A stretch of 49,364 nt of DNA from Patescibacteria group bacterium (lineage in GTDB: Bacteria > Patescibacteriota > Minisyncoccia > 2-02-FULL-40-12 > GWA2-44-9). The stretch spans positions 1-49,364 of the forward strand of contig JBBUGO010000014.1 in NCBI GenBank assembly GCA_038056025.1, read 5' to 3'. Below the pieces are notes generated by a model. The model ran no database searches. It was not told the origin of the DNA and saw only the letters and a list, made by a program, of their open reading frames with translations. The position numbers and the translations under genes were made by a program. This document shows positions 8,291 through 17,335 of this stretch, one piece after another (within the stretch, counting starts at the first letter, position 1; each line of letters opens with the position of its first letter).

Positions 8291-10429
8291 TTACAGCGCT
8301 CCCGGAGAGACCCAGGTTCTCGCGGCTGATTCCCAATTCTCGAACTGGAAGTCCCTACTGGGATTCGCAGGCAGGGGGCCAAGGGGGTTGCGTCGGTCAA
8401 CGTACCAAAGGATGGAATGAATTTGTCCCGCCGCGTCTCGGAATTGCCCGTTGAGCATTGTTTTGTCGGAAGACACGGGGCTTGGCTCGTCGAACATTCC
8501 GCCCGACGCGTTCGCAAGTGCTATAAATTCGCGCCACAGGGGCCCCGACGCACTGATACCTGCCCCCGCGCGTGTCATAGAGGCGTTGTCGTTGTTGCCG
8601 GTCCAGACGCCCACTGCGACTGACGGGGAATATCCGACGACCCACGCGTCGCGATTCTCTTGCGTGGTTCCTGTTTTTGCGGCGATAGAATGGTTGGGAA
8701 AAAAGAGAGGGCTGTTGTAGCCAAATACACCCGCCCGAGCATCGTTGTCGCTAAGCACGCTGGTGACGAGTCGCGCAATTTGAGAGTCGAGAACTCGGCT
8801 GGGGGATGATTCTGTTTCCTCAAGGACGGTTCCGTCGGCGCGCTCGATACGCTGAATAAGGAACCATGGGTTACGCACGCCGTCGTTTGCGAAAACGCCA
8901 TATGCGGAAACGAGGTCAACAAGTCGCACCTCTGCGCCGCCCAACACAAGCGAGAGCCCGTAGCGGGCGGGTTCGTTAAGGCTGGTAATGCCCATCTTCT
9001 GGGCAAGCGCAATGGTATCGGGAACACCGGCGAGGTAGAGCGTCTTCACCGAGGGAATGTTTAATGACTGCGCAAGTCCCTGTCGCATGCTCACGGGACC
9101 TCGATAGAGGCCGTCATAATTCTGCGGGTGATAGCACTTATCTCCGAGGCGGTCCTTCTGTTGCAGGGCGTTAGCGGAGCACAAGGGGTTAAATTCCGTT
9201 CTGACGTCAAACAACGTTGTTGCGTCGGGATATCCCTTAATAAATGCAGCCGCATAGGCGAACGGCTTAAACGCAGACCCGGGCTGGCGAAGGGCAGTCG
9301 CAACATTGAAGTTTCCCTCGTGTTCGATGTCAAAATAGTCGTGAGATCCCACGAGCGCAATAACGCCACCGGAGCGGGGATCGACCGCGACGAGGGCGGC
9401 ATTAGAGGCCTTGTAGCGGACGGTATTAATTTCGGCATACTTTTTTACGAGCTCTTCCGCCTTGGTCTGAAGTTTTGCATCGAGCGATGTCACAATCTTA
9501 AAACCGCCAGAACTGACGGCATCGGATCCATATTTACGCTCGAGGTAGTCCTTTACCATAATGACAAAGTGAGGAGCACTCAACCCGGTACGGCCAGAGG
9601 TAAATTCGAGCTTATCATCAAGCGCTGCGCCGTACTGTTCGTCACTAATAAAATTCAACTCTCGCATTCGCTGAAGGATGAAATCCTTGCGGCCCGTAAG
9701 CTCCTCGGTGTGGCTTCCATAGGGGGAAAGATAGCTTGGTGCTTGGGGTAGTGCGGCAAGGAGGGCCGATTCGGCAAGGGCAAGTTCTTTGGCGGGCTTG
9801 CCGAAAAATGTGCGACTCGCGGACTCAATGCCATAGGCATTGGAGCCATAGGGAATCTGATTAAGGTACATGAGAAGGATCTCTTCTTTGGTAAAATGCC
9901 GTTCGACCTCGATTGCTAGCATCAGCTCGCGTATCTTGCGGGACGGCGTCTTCTCGTCGCTCAAGAGAGCCTTTTTAATAAGCTGCTGGGTGATGGTGGA
10001 CCCGCCCTGCGAAACGGTGCCGCTGGAGAGAATCTTAAAGAACGCACGCACAATGCCACGGATATCGAAGCCCTTGTGCCCGTAGAAATTAGCATCTTCA
10101 ATGGCGACCGTTGCGTCTTTTACGGCTTGTGGGATTTGATCCCACCCGATGACCGTACGCCGCTCTTCGTCATAAATATCATAGAGGAGTGTCTCTCCGG
10201 TGCTATCGTATATTTTAGTTGATTCCTTAACCTGGCGCGTGGCAATCGCCTCTGGATCGGGGAGCGTTGTTCTTAAATAAATAATCCAGGCAAAAAGGAG
10301 TGCGCCACCACCGGCGACAACCCATAGCGCAAGGAGCGTCCACGCGTGAACCCGGGCAGATATATTGTGCGCCGGACGATACGGGAAAATTTTCACTGAA
10401 CAATTGTGCCATAAAAAATGTGTTTTCAC
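8291..10429 (-). CDS. Class A penicillin-binding protein (PBP1A-type glycosyltransferase/transpeptidase)
   Basis: It has an N-terminal TM helix. GT51 motifs are EDANFYGHKGFD and GGSTITQQL. The transpeptidase SxxK motif is SAFKPF, and KTGT is also present. Confidence 0.9.
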   Translation of the reverse strand: MKTHFLWHNCSVKIFPYRPAHNISARVHAWTLLALWVVAGGGALLFAWIIYLRTTLPDPEAIATRQVKESTKIYDSTGETLLYDIYDEERRTVIGWDQIPQAVKDATVAIEDANFYGHKGFDIRGIVRAFFKILSSGTVSQGGSTITQQLIKKALLSDEKTPSRKIRELMLAIEVERHFTKEEILLMYLNQIPYGSNAYGIESASRTFFGKPAKELALAESALLAALPQAPSYLSPYGSHTEELTGRKDFILQRMRELNFISDEQYGAALDDKLEFTSGRTGLSAPHFVIMVKDYLERKYGSDAVSSGGFKIVTSLDAKLQTKAEELVKKYAEINTVRYKASNAALVAVDPRSGGVIALVGSHDYFDIEHEGNFNVATALRQPGSAFKPFAYAAAFIKGYPDATTLFDVRTEFNPLCSANALQQKDRLGDKCYHPQNYDGLYRGPVSMRQGLAQSLNIPSVKTLYLAGVPDTIALAQKMGITSLNEPARYGLSLVLGGAEVRLVDLVSAYGVFANDGVRNPWFLIQRIERADGTVLEETESSPSRVLDSQIARLVTSVLSDNDARAGVFGYNSPLFFPNHSIAAKTGTTQENRDAWVVGYSPSVAVGVWTGNNDNASMTRAGAGISASGPLWREFIALANASGGMFDEPSPVSSDKTMLNGQFRDAAGQIHSILWYVDRRNPLGPLPANPSRDFQFENWESAARTWVSPGAL

Positions 10430-10458
10430 AAGCCGTTCCGGTATGCTACGCTGATGCT

Positions 10459-11589
10459 ATGAGCGAGAAAGAAAAAATTGTTGACGAACTACTCACACGG
10501 CGGGTCGAGGGAGAGATGGCATATCCCTCAAAAGAGGTAGTGCGAGAGCGTCTCCTTGGCGCGACCCCCCTTGTGGTATATTGGGGGATCGATCCAACAG
10601 CTCCGGAAATTCATCTTGGCCACACCATCGCACTCTTGTTCCTGAAACAGCTCAAGGCACTAGGACATCGCCCCGTAGTTCTTATTGGGGATTTTACCGC
10701 TCGTATCGGGGATCCTACGGACAAGGCTGCAGCGAGACGCTCCCTCACGAAAGAGGAGGTAGAGGGCAATATGGGGCACTATATTGACCAAATCACCAAG
10801 ATCTTACCACGAGGGTCGTTCGAAATTCGACGCAATAGTGAGTGGCTTGCCCCGATGACGCTAGAAAATGTGATCGGTCTTGCCAGTAGCGCTACGGTAC
10901 AACAAATGCTTGCGCGTGATATGTTTCAGGAGCGCATGAAGCAGGAAAAACCGATTTTCATTCACGAACTTCTCTATCCACTTATGCAGGGGTACGACTC
11001 GGTGGCGATGAATGTTGATGGCGAAGTCGGGGGAAGCGACCAGACGTTCAATATGTTGGTCGGGCGAACTCTCATGAAACAATTGTCGGGCAAGGAAAAG
11101 ATCGTGTTCTCGCTACGCTTATTTGCTGACGCAGCCGACGGAAAGAAGATGGGCAAGAGCGAGGGCAATCTCATTGCAATTTCTGATGAACCGCAGGAAA
11201 TCCGGCGCAAAATTCTTATGCTCGACGATAAGGTTGTCGCCACAGCATTTGAATTGTGTACCGAAAAAGACCTCGACTGGATTGGAGAACATGCGCAAGG
11301 AGACCCCCGCCAATTCAAGGAAGAGTTGGCAGAGGAGCTGGTGAGGATGTATCACGGTCAAGGTGCCGTGGAAAGAGCCACCCAAGACAAGGAAATGGCA
11401 ATACGTGGTCAGTCCCTGGACAAGGGACTGGTGACCGCGGGTGTTGCTCCAACTATGTCAGCGGCCCATCAACTTATTGATCAGGGGGGTGTCGAGATCG
11501 ATGGTCAAAAAATTAAAGAGTGGAAGTACGTGCTCAAGGAGGGAGAACGGCTAAAAGTCGGTAAAGGAAAATTCCTCAAGGTATCATAA
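10459..11589 (+). CDS. tyrS: Tyrosine--tRNA ligase
   Basis: I place the start at MSEKEKIVDELL. The HIGH motif is HLGH and the KMSKS motif is KMGKS. The C-terminus has an S4-like domain. Confidence 0.9.
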   Translation: MSEKEKIVDELLTRRVEGEMAYPSKEVVRERLLGATPLVVYWGIDPTAPEIHLGHTIALLFLKQLKALGHRPVVLIGDFTARIGDPTDKAAARRSLTKEEVEGNMGHYIDQITKILPRGSFEIRRNSEWLAPMTLENVIGLASSATVQQMLARDMFQERMKQEKPIFIHELLYPLMQGYDSVAMNVDGEVGGSDQTFNMLVGRTLMKQLSGKEKIVFSLRLFADAADGKKMGKSEGNLIAISDEPQEIRRKILMLDDKVVATAFELCTEKDLDWIGEHAQGDPRQFKEELAEELVRMYHGQGAVERATQDKEMAIRGQSLDKGLVTAGVAPTMSAAHQLIDQGGVEIDGQKIKEWKYVLKEGERLKVGKGKFLKVS

Positions 11590-11609
11590 AACGGCCCGCG
11601 GGCCGTTTT
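11588..11609. terminator. Perfect palindromic hairpin between convergent genes
   Basis: The sequence aaaacggcccgcgggccgtttt has A/T runs on both sides, so it could act as a bidirectional intrinsic terminator. Confidence 0.7.
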
Positions 11610-11626
11610 ATGATAGAGAGTAGTTG

Positions 11627-11797
11627 TCATCCCGCAACTTCGTCATCCTCGTCTTCTTCGTCATCGTCATCAGCCCATGGCCGCTCCTTCTTATCGTCAT
11701 CGTCTTCTATGGTCGTTTCTTCCCCTTCCTGCTCCTCCGCCCAGATCTCCTGTCCGTATGCGTAATGCGGTGATGATAAACGTATGTACGGCTTCAT
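11627..11797 (-). CDS. Small, extremely acidic protein (hypothetical)
   Basis: About 56 aa from MKPYIRLSSPHYAYGQEIWAEEQEGEETTIEDDDDKKERPWADDDDEEDEDDEVAG. It lies downstream of ruvC on the same strand. The start is uncertain. Confidence 0.35.
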   Translation of the reverse strand: MKPYIRLSSPHYAYGQEIWAEEQEGEETTIEDDDDKKERPWADDDDEEDEDDEVAG

Positions 11798-11927
11798 ACT
11801 GGAGCGGCCGACGGGAGTGCGGCGCCTTGGGCGCACGAGCACTTCGCGCAAGCGCAAAATTTAACAGTGATACAAAATCTTGGCTCATTGTACCTGGGGG
11901 GGAAGGAGTGTCAACGGGGATATCCAC

Positions 11928-12395
11928 TTATCGGGGGGCACTCGCGCAACTGATGGCAATCGCCAATGCATCGGCAGCATCATCTGGTCGAATTGGCTCG
12001 GCATACCCCAGAATTCGCTGCACCATAAGCTGCACTTGGCGCTTTTCCGCCCGCCCATAGCCAGAGATTGATTTCTTCACTTCTAGCGGGGTCAGTTCAT
12101 GTACCGGAATGCCACACTGGGCGAGCGTGGCCAGGATAACCCCTCTCATTTCGCTGACGGCCATAGCCGTTTTTTGGTTCTTCTCGAAAAAGAGTCGCTC
12201 AATTCCGGCCGCAACTGGCCGAAACTGCGTGATGAGTTCCCGAATGCGAGTTGCGGTGTCAAGAAAGCTGTCCTGGCGATCGGTCCCTGGCTTGCCGATG
12301 ATGCCGTATGCCAAGCACGAAAAGGCGTTATTCTGATACTCGACAATTCCATATCCGATCTTTGTAGTGCCGGGATCAATGCCAAGAAAAATCAT
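11928..12395 (-). CDS. ruvC: Holliday junction resolvase RuvC
   Basis: The N-terminus MIFLGIDPGTTKIGYGIV is typical of RuvC. 155 aa. Confidence 0.9.
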   Translation of the reverse strand: MIFLGIDPGTTKIGYGIVEYQNNAFSCLAYGIIGKPGTDRQDSFLDTATRIRELITQFRPVAAGIERLFFEKNQKTAMAVSEMRGVILATLAQCGIPVHELTPLEVKKSISGYGRAEKRQVQLMVQRILGYAEPIRPDDAADALAIAISCASAPR

Positions 12396-12910
12396 GCGGT
12401 TGGTGCTATGTTTGTCTGTACGCCCTGTACGTCATCGTGCTCTTGGAGCGCCACTACCAACTGTGACAGTGCCGAAGCTTCGGATTCAGAAAGAGGCGCA
12501 GAAGCACCGGCCCTAAACATCCACGCGAGAGAGCCGGGTTCCATTATCCGTCCTGCGTGAAGCGCTACGAGCCGCTTGATCTCCTGCATAGTCCTGTTCC
12601 TACTGTCGGTAATAGCACTGACCACAAGCGCGGTATTACCGGGCCCTAGAATTTCGATAGAGAGCTCCTCCAGGCGAGCACTGTCAACGTCGCTGACTTT
12701 CTGAACTGCCCGGTCGATGTTCTCGTTGGGCATATTTTCCTTCCGGGCTGCTTCCATAGCGGCGCGGAGTCGAACATTGCTCTTTGGATCGGGGTTTCCG
12801 CACGCTGCGACGGTGATTGCGCGTGCGAGTTTGCTAAATACACGACCCCTTTTCTGGTCGCTGACTGCCTTCTTGTGTTTGATTTGAGCCCATTTCGAAT
12901 GTCCCGACAT
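12392..12910 (-). CDS. yebC: YebC/PmpR-family regulator (shortened, 172 aa)
   Basis: It starts MSGHSKWAQIKHKKA. The track ORF's N-terminal extension overlaps the ruvB 3' end. The protein is about 60-70 aa shorter than typical family members as I recall them. Confidence 0.85.
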   Translation of the reverse strand: MSGHSKWAQIKHKKAVSDQKRGRVFSKLARAITVAACGNPDPKSNVRLRAAMEAARKENMPNENIDRAVQKVSDVDSARLEELSIEILGPGNTALVVSAITDSRNRTMQEIKRLVALHAGRIMEPGSLAWMFRAGASAPLSESEASALSQLVVALQEHDDVQGVQTNIAPTA

Positions 12911-12911
12911 G

Positions 12912-13931
12912 TTAGAAAGCAAATCCACTATTTTTTGGCTCCAATCCCAGGTGAACGCGCCCGCCGTCGGTGATAACACGTCCCTTGGAGGTTCGGGCCA
13001 TAAGTCCTGCGCGTATGAGGAAGGGTTCGTACACGTCTTCAATGGTAGCTTCTTCTTCCGAGAGTGCCGCCGCGATTGACTTTAAGCCGACAGGACCGCC
13101 GTGGAAGTGCTCTTCAATGATGCGCAAGATTTTTCGATCTGTCTCCTCGAGTCCTCGATGATCAATCTCAAGCATTTTAAGGGCGCTGTGGGCGATAGGG
13201 ACATCGATGGTTCCCGCCTCGTGCATCTGGGCAAAATCGCGCACACGCTTCAGGAGTCGATTAGCAACGCGCGGGGTAAATCGCGCTGCTTCAGCAATGG
13301 CCCTAACCGCCTCTGGCGCGATGGCAATACCGAGAAGATCCGAGGAACGTGTGATAATGTGCTCGATGTCGTCTTGGGTATAGAAATCGAGTCGGAAATT
13401 CGCGCCAAAGCGTGAGCGGAACGGGGATGAGAGCGCAGATATTTTCGTTGTGGCGGCGATCAGCGTAAAACGCGACAGATCAATCTGAAGGGTTTTCGCC
13501 GCATTGCCTTTGCCAATAATAATGTCCAGCTTGAAATTCTCCATGGCTGGATAGATAACCTCTTCAACTGCACGGTTAAGGCGGTGGACTTCGTCAATGA
13601 ATAACACGTCGCCGTCGGCAAGTCCGGTTAGGATTGACCCGACGTCACCGGCTTTTTCCAATGCGGTACCCGAAGTTATTTTTAGATTGGCACCGAGCTC
13701 GCGGGCGATCAGATAGGCGAGGGTGGTTTTTCCCAATCCAGACGGCCCGTGGAGAAGAATGTGTTCAATGGGCTCTTTGCGCTTGCGCGCGGCTCCGATA
13801 AGAATCTTGAGATTCTCTTTTATTTGCCGTTGGCCGACATATTCTTGAAAGTGCTTCGGGCGCAGCGTCTGATCAAGAGCCTGATCGTCGACAGTGGCCC
13901 GGGGTGCGGTGGAAGGGGTCTTGACATCCAT
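12912..13931 (-). CDS. ruvB: Holliday junction helicase RuvB
   Basis: Walker A is GPSGLGKTT and Walker B is LFIDEVHRL. 339 aa. Confidence 0.95.
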   Translation of the reverse strand: MDVKTPSTAPRATVDDQALDQTLRPKHFQEYVGQRQIKENLKILIGAARKRKEPIEHILLHGPSGLGKTTLAYLIARELGANLKITSGTALEKAGDVGSILTGLADGDVLFIDEVHRLNRAVEEVIYPAMENFKLDIIIGKGNAAKTLQIDLSRFTLIAATTKISALSSPFRSRFGANFRLDFYTQDDIEHIITRSSDLLGIAIAPEAVRAIAEAARFTPRVANRLLKRVRDFAQMHEAGTIDVPIAHSALKMLEIDHRGLEETDRKILRIIEEHFHGGPVGLKSIAAALSEEEATIEDVYEPFLIRAGLMARTSKGRVITDGGRVHLGLEPKNSGFAF

Positions 13932-14002
13932 GTGTTTTTGGATTAGAATGAATACAACGATCCCGTAGCAGAGTCGGGGTCTTTAATTCTCGCGCAGAGT
14001 TC

Positions 14003-14169
14003 AGGACCATTGTAATCTGTAGGCAATTGGGCATCAAGTTCACACGCGACGTCCAACCGGGATACCATCTTAGCCGGATAATTCGGTTTCGACTGGATTA
14101 CTCCTCGGAAGTATCTTACCTCGTTCTTGTATAAGAAAGAGGACTTTGCCTACAGGTTACAGTGGTCCT
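14003..14169 (+). ncRNA. Candidate structured RNA (alternatively a MITE-like inverted-repeat element)
   Basis: Position 14003-14026 (aggaccattgtaatctgtaggcaa) pairs with 14146-14169 (ttgcctacaggttacagtggtcct). The two non-Watson-Crick positions are U.G on the plus strand and A.C on the minus strand. Internal hairpins lie at 14072-14088 and 14119-14142. Confidence 0.35.
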
Positions 14170-14179
14170 TTTAATGTAC

Positions 14180-15862
14180 TCATAACACGCGCCGTATTTC
14201 CTCAAGCGACGTGATGCCCTCCAATAATTTAAGGTATCCATCCTGAAGCATAGTCACCATGCCTTCCTTAATTGCAAGCTCGCGCACTTCCGAAATGGCC
14301 GGCTGGGCTAGGATCAGCTTTTCCATCGTTTTAGTGACAAGGAAGACTTCGTATACGCCGATGCGGCCCTGATAGCCGGTCATATTGCACTGCGTGCATC
14401 CCGCGGATTCGTAAATTGTTGCCGTGGCGAGGTTGGGAACGGAAAGGCGTGCGCGAATCGGCCCGAGCTGTTCTTCCGCTTCTTTTTTATCTGATGCCGA
14501 GAGTTTTGTGGCCCTTTTGCATTTCTGGCAGAGGCGCCGCACGAGTCGCTGGCCCATGGCGAGGATGATGGCGGGGGCGATAATCGGCGGACGTATGCCC
14601 AGATCAATAAGGCGCGGGATTGTTCCCGCCGCATCATTGGTATGGATCGTGGAGAATACCAGGTGGCCCGTCAGTGCGGCATTCAGCGCGATATCTGCCG
14701 TTTCATTATCTCTAATTTCGCCCACGAGGATGATATCGGGGTCCTGGCGAACAATGGCGCGCAGGCCGTTTGCGAACGTGTAATCCTTTGAAGGATCCAC
14801 TTGTGTTTGAGAGATACCCTCGATGTGATACTCGATCGGATCCTCGATCGTGATAATTTTTGTATCGGATGAGTTGAGAAAATTGACGAATGCATACAGT
14901 GTAGTCGTTTTTCCCGAACCCGTAGGGCCGGTGGTGAGGATGGCACCATTGGGTTTTGCGAGTTGTTCCTTGACGACGGCGAGAATATCGGAGCGCATAC
15001 CCAAACTCTCAAGGTCCGCACGGATGGTTCGCGGATCCAAGAGACGAAGCACGATCGTCTCGCCATACTCACTCGGTAGCACGGAAACACGAACCTCGAT
15101 AGGCGTTTGTGCGTGTCGGATGGTGAAACGTCCATCCTGCGGTGCTTTGTGAATATTCAGCTTAAGTCGGGAGAGCACTTTAACGCGATTGAGAATGCGA
15201 CCATAGTAGTCCTCGGAGAGTCGGCCGACGTCTTGGAGGAGGCCGTCCAAACGAAAACGGATGCGTGCTCCGGTTGATTCGGACTCGAAGTGGACATCCG
15301 AGGCATGCACCGTAAGCACTCCCGCAAGGAGTGTTTCAAGGAGCTCGGTGGTGGAAGCGCTTCCTAGGGCGGCTTCCACATCGCTTAAATTCTTTATTTT
15401 CCCCGAGAGCGCCTCGATTTTCTTTTCATCAATATCGATTGCCCCTACCTCAAATGTTTCTTGGGGTTTTTCGTGTCCGTAGCGCTCGTATGCGCGGTTT
15501 AATCCCGTCGGGGTGGTGACGATAAGGGTAAGTTGGAAATTTCGAGTACGGAGCTGCTCGGTGACCGCTTGGGTCTGGGGATCACGAGGATTCAGCACGG
15601 CGATGGTAAGCGCGGAACCGCTTTGTCCGATGACTGCGATAGTGCCGCGGCGCGCGGTCGGCTCATCAACAAGCATGAGGGCATCGGGGTCAATGGGGAT
15701 TGCGTTAAGGTCAGAAAAGGGAAGTCCCGCTTGTTTGGCTATTGCCTGGGCGACGGCGTTCTCCTTCTGGGTAGCTATAGACGACAATTTTCGTTCGAGT
15801 TCTTGCTCGAGTTGGGTCGTTTTACTTTTTTGCGTGTGAGCGGGTTGATTGGGCATGTCCAA
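14180..15862 (-). CDS. pilB: GspE/PilB-family type IV pilus / type II secretion ATPase
   Basis: 560 aa. Walker A is GPTGSGKTTT. It has Asp/His boxes and a C-terminal tetracysteine cluster, CQKC...CTQC. Confidence 0.9.
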   Translation of the reverse strand: MDMPNQPAHTQKSKTTQLEQELERKLSSIATQKENAVAQAIAKQAGLPFSDLNAIPIDPDALMLVDEPTARRGTIAVIGQSGSALTIAVLNPRDPQTQAVTEQLRTRNFQLTLIVTTPTGLNRAYERYGHEKPQETFEVGAIDIDEKKIEALSGKIKNLSDVEAALGSASTTELLETLLAGVLTVHASDVHFESESTGARIRFRLDGLLQDVGRLSEDYYGRILNRVKVLSRLKLNIHKAPQDGRFTIRHAQTPIEVRVSVLPSEYGETIVLRLLDPRTIRADLESLGMRSDILAVVKEQLAKPNGAILTTGPTGSGKTTTLYAFVNFLNSSDTKIITIEDPIEYHIEGISQTQVDPSKDYTFANGLRAIVRQDPDIILVGEIRDNETADIALNAALTGHLVFSTIHTNDAAGTIPRLIDLGIRPPIIAPAIILAMGQRLVRRLCQKCKRATKLSASDKKEAEEQLGPIRARLSVPNLATATIYESAGCTQCNMTGYQGRIGVYEVFLVTKTMEKLILAQPAISEVRELAIKEGMVTMLQDGYLKLLEGITSLEEIRRVL

Positions 15863-15948
15863 ACGTCCAGATGCCTCTGGTCACCATAGCGAACAACACC
15901 TGTTTGTAAAGCAATTTTGTGGATAAGTGCGCAGAAAACGCGCTCCCA

Positions 15949-15977
15949 TTGACTCTCGACAAGCGGTTTGCTACAAT
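15949..15977 (+). promoter_or_regulatory. Sigma70-like promoter upstream of nusA
   Basis: TTGACT (15949-15954), a 17-nt spacer, then TACAAT (15972-15977). Confidence 0.5.
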
Positions 15978-16059
15978 AATCCCATTGGGAGTATATCCTG
16001 TATGTTGACTGGTCCGCGGTACGCGGACTTGTTCTTTATCAGAGCCTCCCCAGCATAAT

Positions 16060-17319
16060 ATGTTTGATGTTAAGCAGTTCTCATCCGCAATACGTCAGAT
16101 TGTCGAGGAAAAAGGCATCTCTGAGACAAGCGTTCTAGAGACCATAGAAGCGGCTATTGCCGCGGCGTATAAGCGCGACTATGGTAAAAAGGGGCAGATT
16201 ATTCGCGCCAAGCTCAACACCGAGACGGGCGCTCTTGAGATTACCCAAGTGCACTACGCGGTGGATGGCTACGACGAAGAGGGGTACGTTACCGGAGTGC
16301 TTCCTAAGAAATTGATGGAGGAGCATTCCGATCCGCAGGATTTCGATGGCCAGAGACGCATGCGTTCTGAAGCGGTGGCCCATGAGCCGGGAGAAAGCGC
16401 TGAACCGCGTCTCAAATTTAATCCCGAAAAACACGTTACGTTACATGACGCGCGTCGCAAAGATGAAAAAATCGAAATAGGAGATGAGCTCACTACATCA
16501 CTGGAGCCGAAAACGGAATTCGGGCGCATCGCCGCGCAAACAGCCAAGCAAGTTATCATTCAGCGCTTGCGGGAAGCGGAGCGCGATGCGGTACTGGCGG
16601 AATTTAAAGGCAGAGAGGGACAGCTCATTAGCGGCGTGGTGCAACGCCGAGAGGGAGCGCTGGTATTTGTTGATTTAGGCAAGACCAATGGGCTTTTGAT
16701 TCCCGCGGAGCAAGTACCCACCGATAACTACCGCATCGGTCAGCGATTTCGATGCATCATTGCGCGCGTTGAGGAAACACCGCGGGGTCCCGTTGTCGTG
16801 GTATCGCGCGCACACCCGAAGCTTGTCGAGGAACTTTTCCGCATGGAAGTACCGGAGATCGACAGCGGTGCCGTGCAGATTAAAGGTATCGCCCGCGAAG
16901 CCGGTTCTCGGACAAAGATTGCGGTTACCTCGCGCGAAGAAGGCGTCGACCCCATAGGGTCACTCGTTGGTCAAAAAGGAGTCCGCGTTCAGACGGTAAT
17001 CAACGAACTGTCAGGGGAAAAAATCGATATCATTCTGTGGGATGAACGCCCGGGTGTCTATATTGCCAATGCACTTTCTCCCGCCAAGACCCTGGACGTT
17101 AAATTGGTAGACGAAGAGCACAACAGCGCGCTGGTTGAGGTTTCTGATGACCAATTTTCTCTTGCGATTGGGCGACGAGGGCAGAATGTGCGTCTTGCGG
17201 CAAAACTTACCGGCTGGCGCATTGATGTCCGCTCTCCCAAAGAAGCGCTGACCTATCAGGAAAGTGAGTCACAAGTTGCTCCAGAAAAAGCTCCCGGAGC
17301 CGACAAGCCGACGGAATAA
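16060..17319 (+). CDS. nusA: Transcription termination/antitermination factor NusA
   Basis: The N-terminal domain begins IRQIVEEKGISETSVLETIEAAIAAAYKRDYG, followed by an S1 domain and two KH domains. An extra segment of about 70 aa is inserted in the N-terminal domain. Confidence 0.9.
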   Translation: MFDVKQFSSAIRQIVEEKGISETSVLETIEAAIAAAYKRDYGKKGQIIRAKLNTETGALEITQVHYAVDGYDEEGYVTGVLPKKLMEEHSDPQDFDGQRRMRSEAVAHEPGESAEPRLKFNPEKHVTLHDARRKDEKIEIGDELTTSLEPKTEFGRIAAQTAKQVIIQRLREAERDAVLAEFKGREGQLISGVVQRREGALVFVDLGKTNGLLIPAEQVPTDNYRIGQRFRCIIARVEETPRGPVVVVSRAHPKLVEELFRMEVPEIDSGAVQIKGIAREAGSRTKIAVTSREEGVDPIGSLVGQKGVRVQTVINELSGEKIDIILWDERPGVYIANALSPAKTLDVKLVDEEHNSALVEVSDDQFSLAIGRRGQNVRLAAKLTGWRIDVRSPKEALTYQESESQVAPEKAPGADKPTE

Positions 17320-17335
17320 CGAATACCCTCGATTT

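Noticed and set aside
8397-9751. Several 80-207-aa ORFs in other frames or on the other strand within the PBP1A gene. Similar sets lie within pilB, ftsH, gyrA and valS.
   Set aside because: They are shadow ORFs inside long, motif-verified genes, and none has a recognisable domain.
14003-14169. Assignment of the pilB-ruvB spacer element to SRP RNA, 6S RNA or RNase P RNA.
   Set aside because: It has no GGAA-capped helix 8 motif with AGCA loops, no GAGGAAAGUCC-type P4 string, and a branched rather than rod-like interior. It is kept only as an unclassified candidate.
15918-15926. A perfect DnaA box, TGTGGATAA, upstream of nusA as a possible second origin.
   Set aside because: It is a single isolated box with no AT-rich unwinding element. 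It is more likely chance or a regulatory site than an origin.
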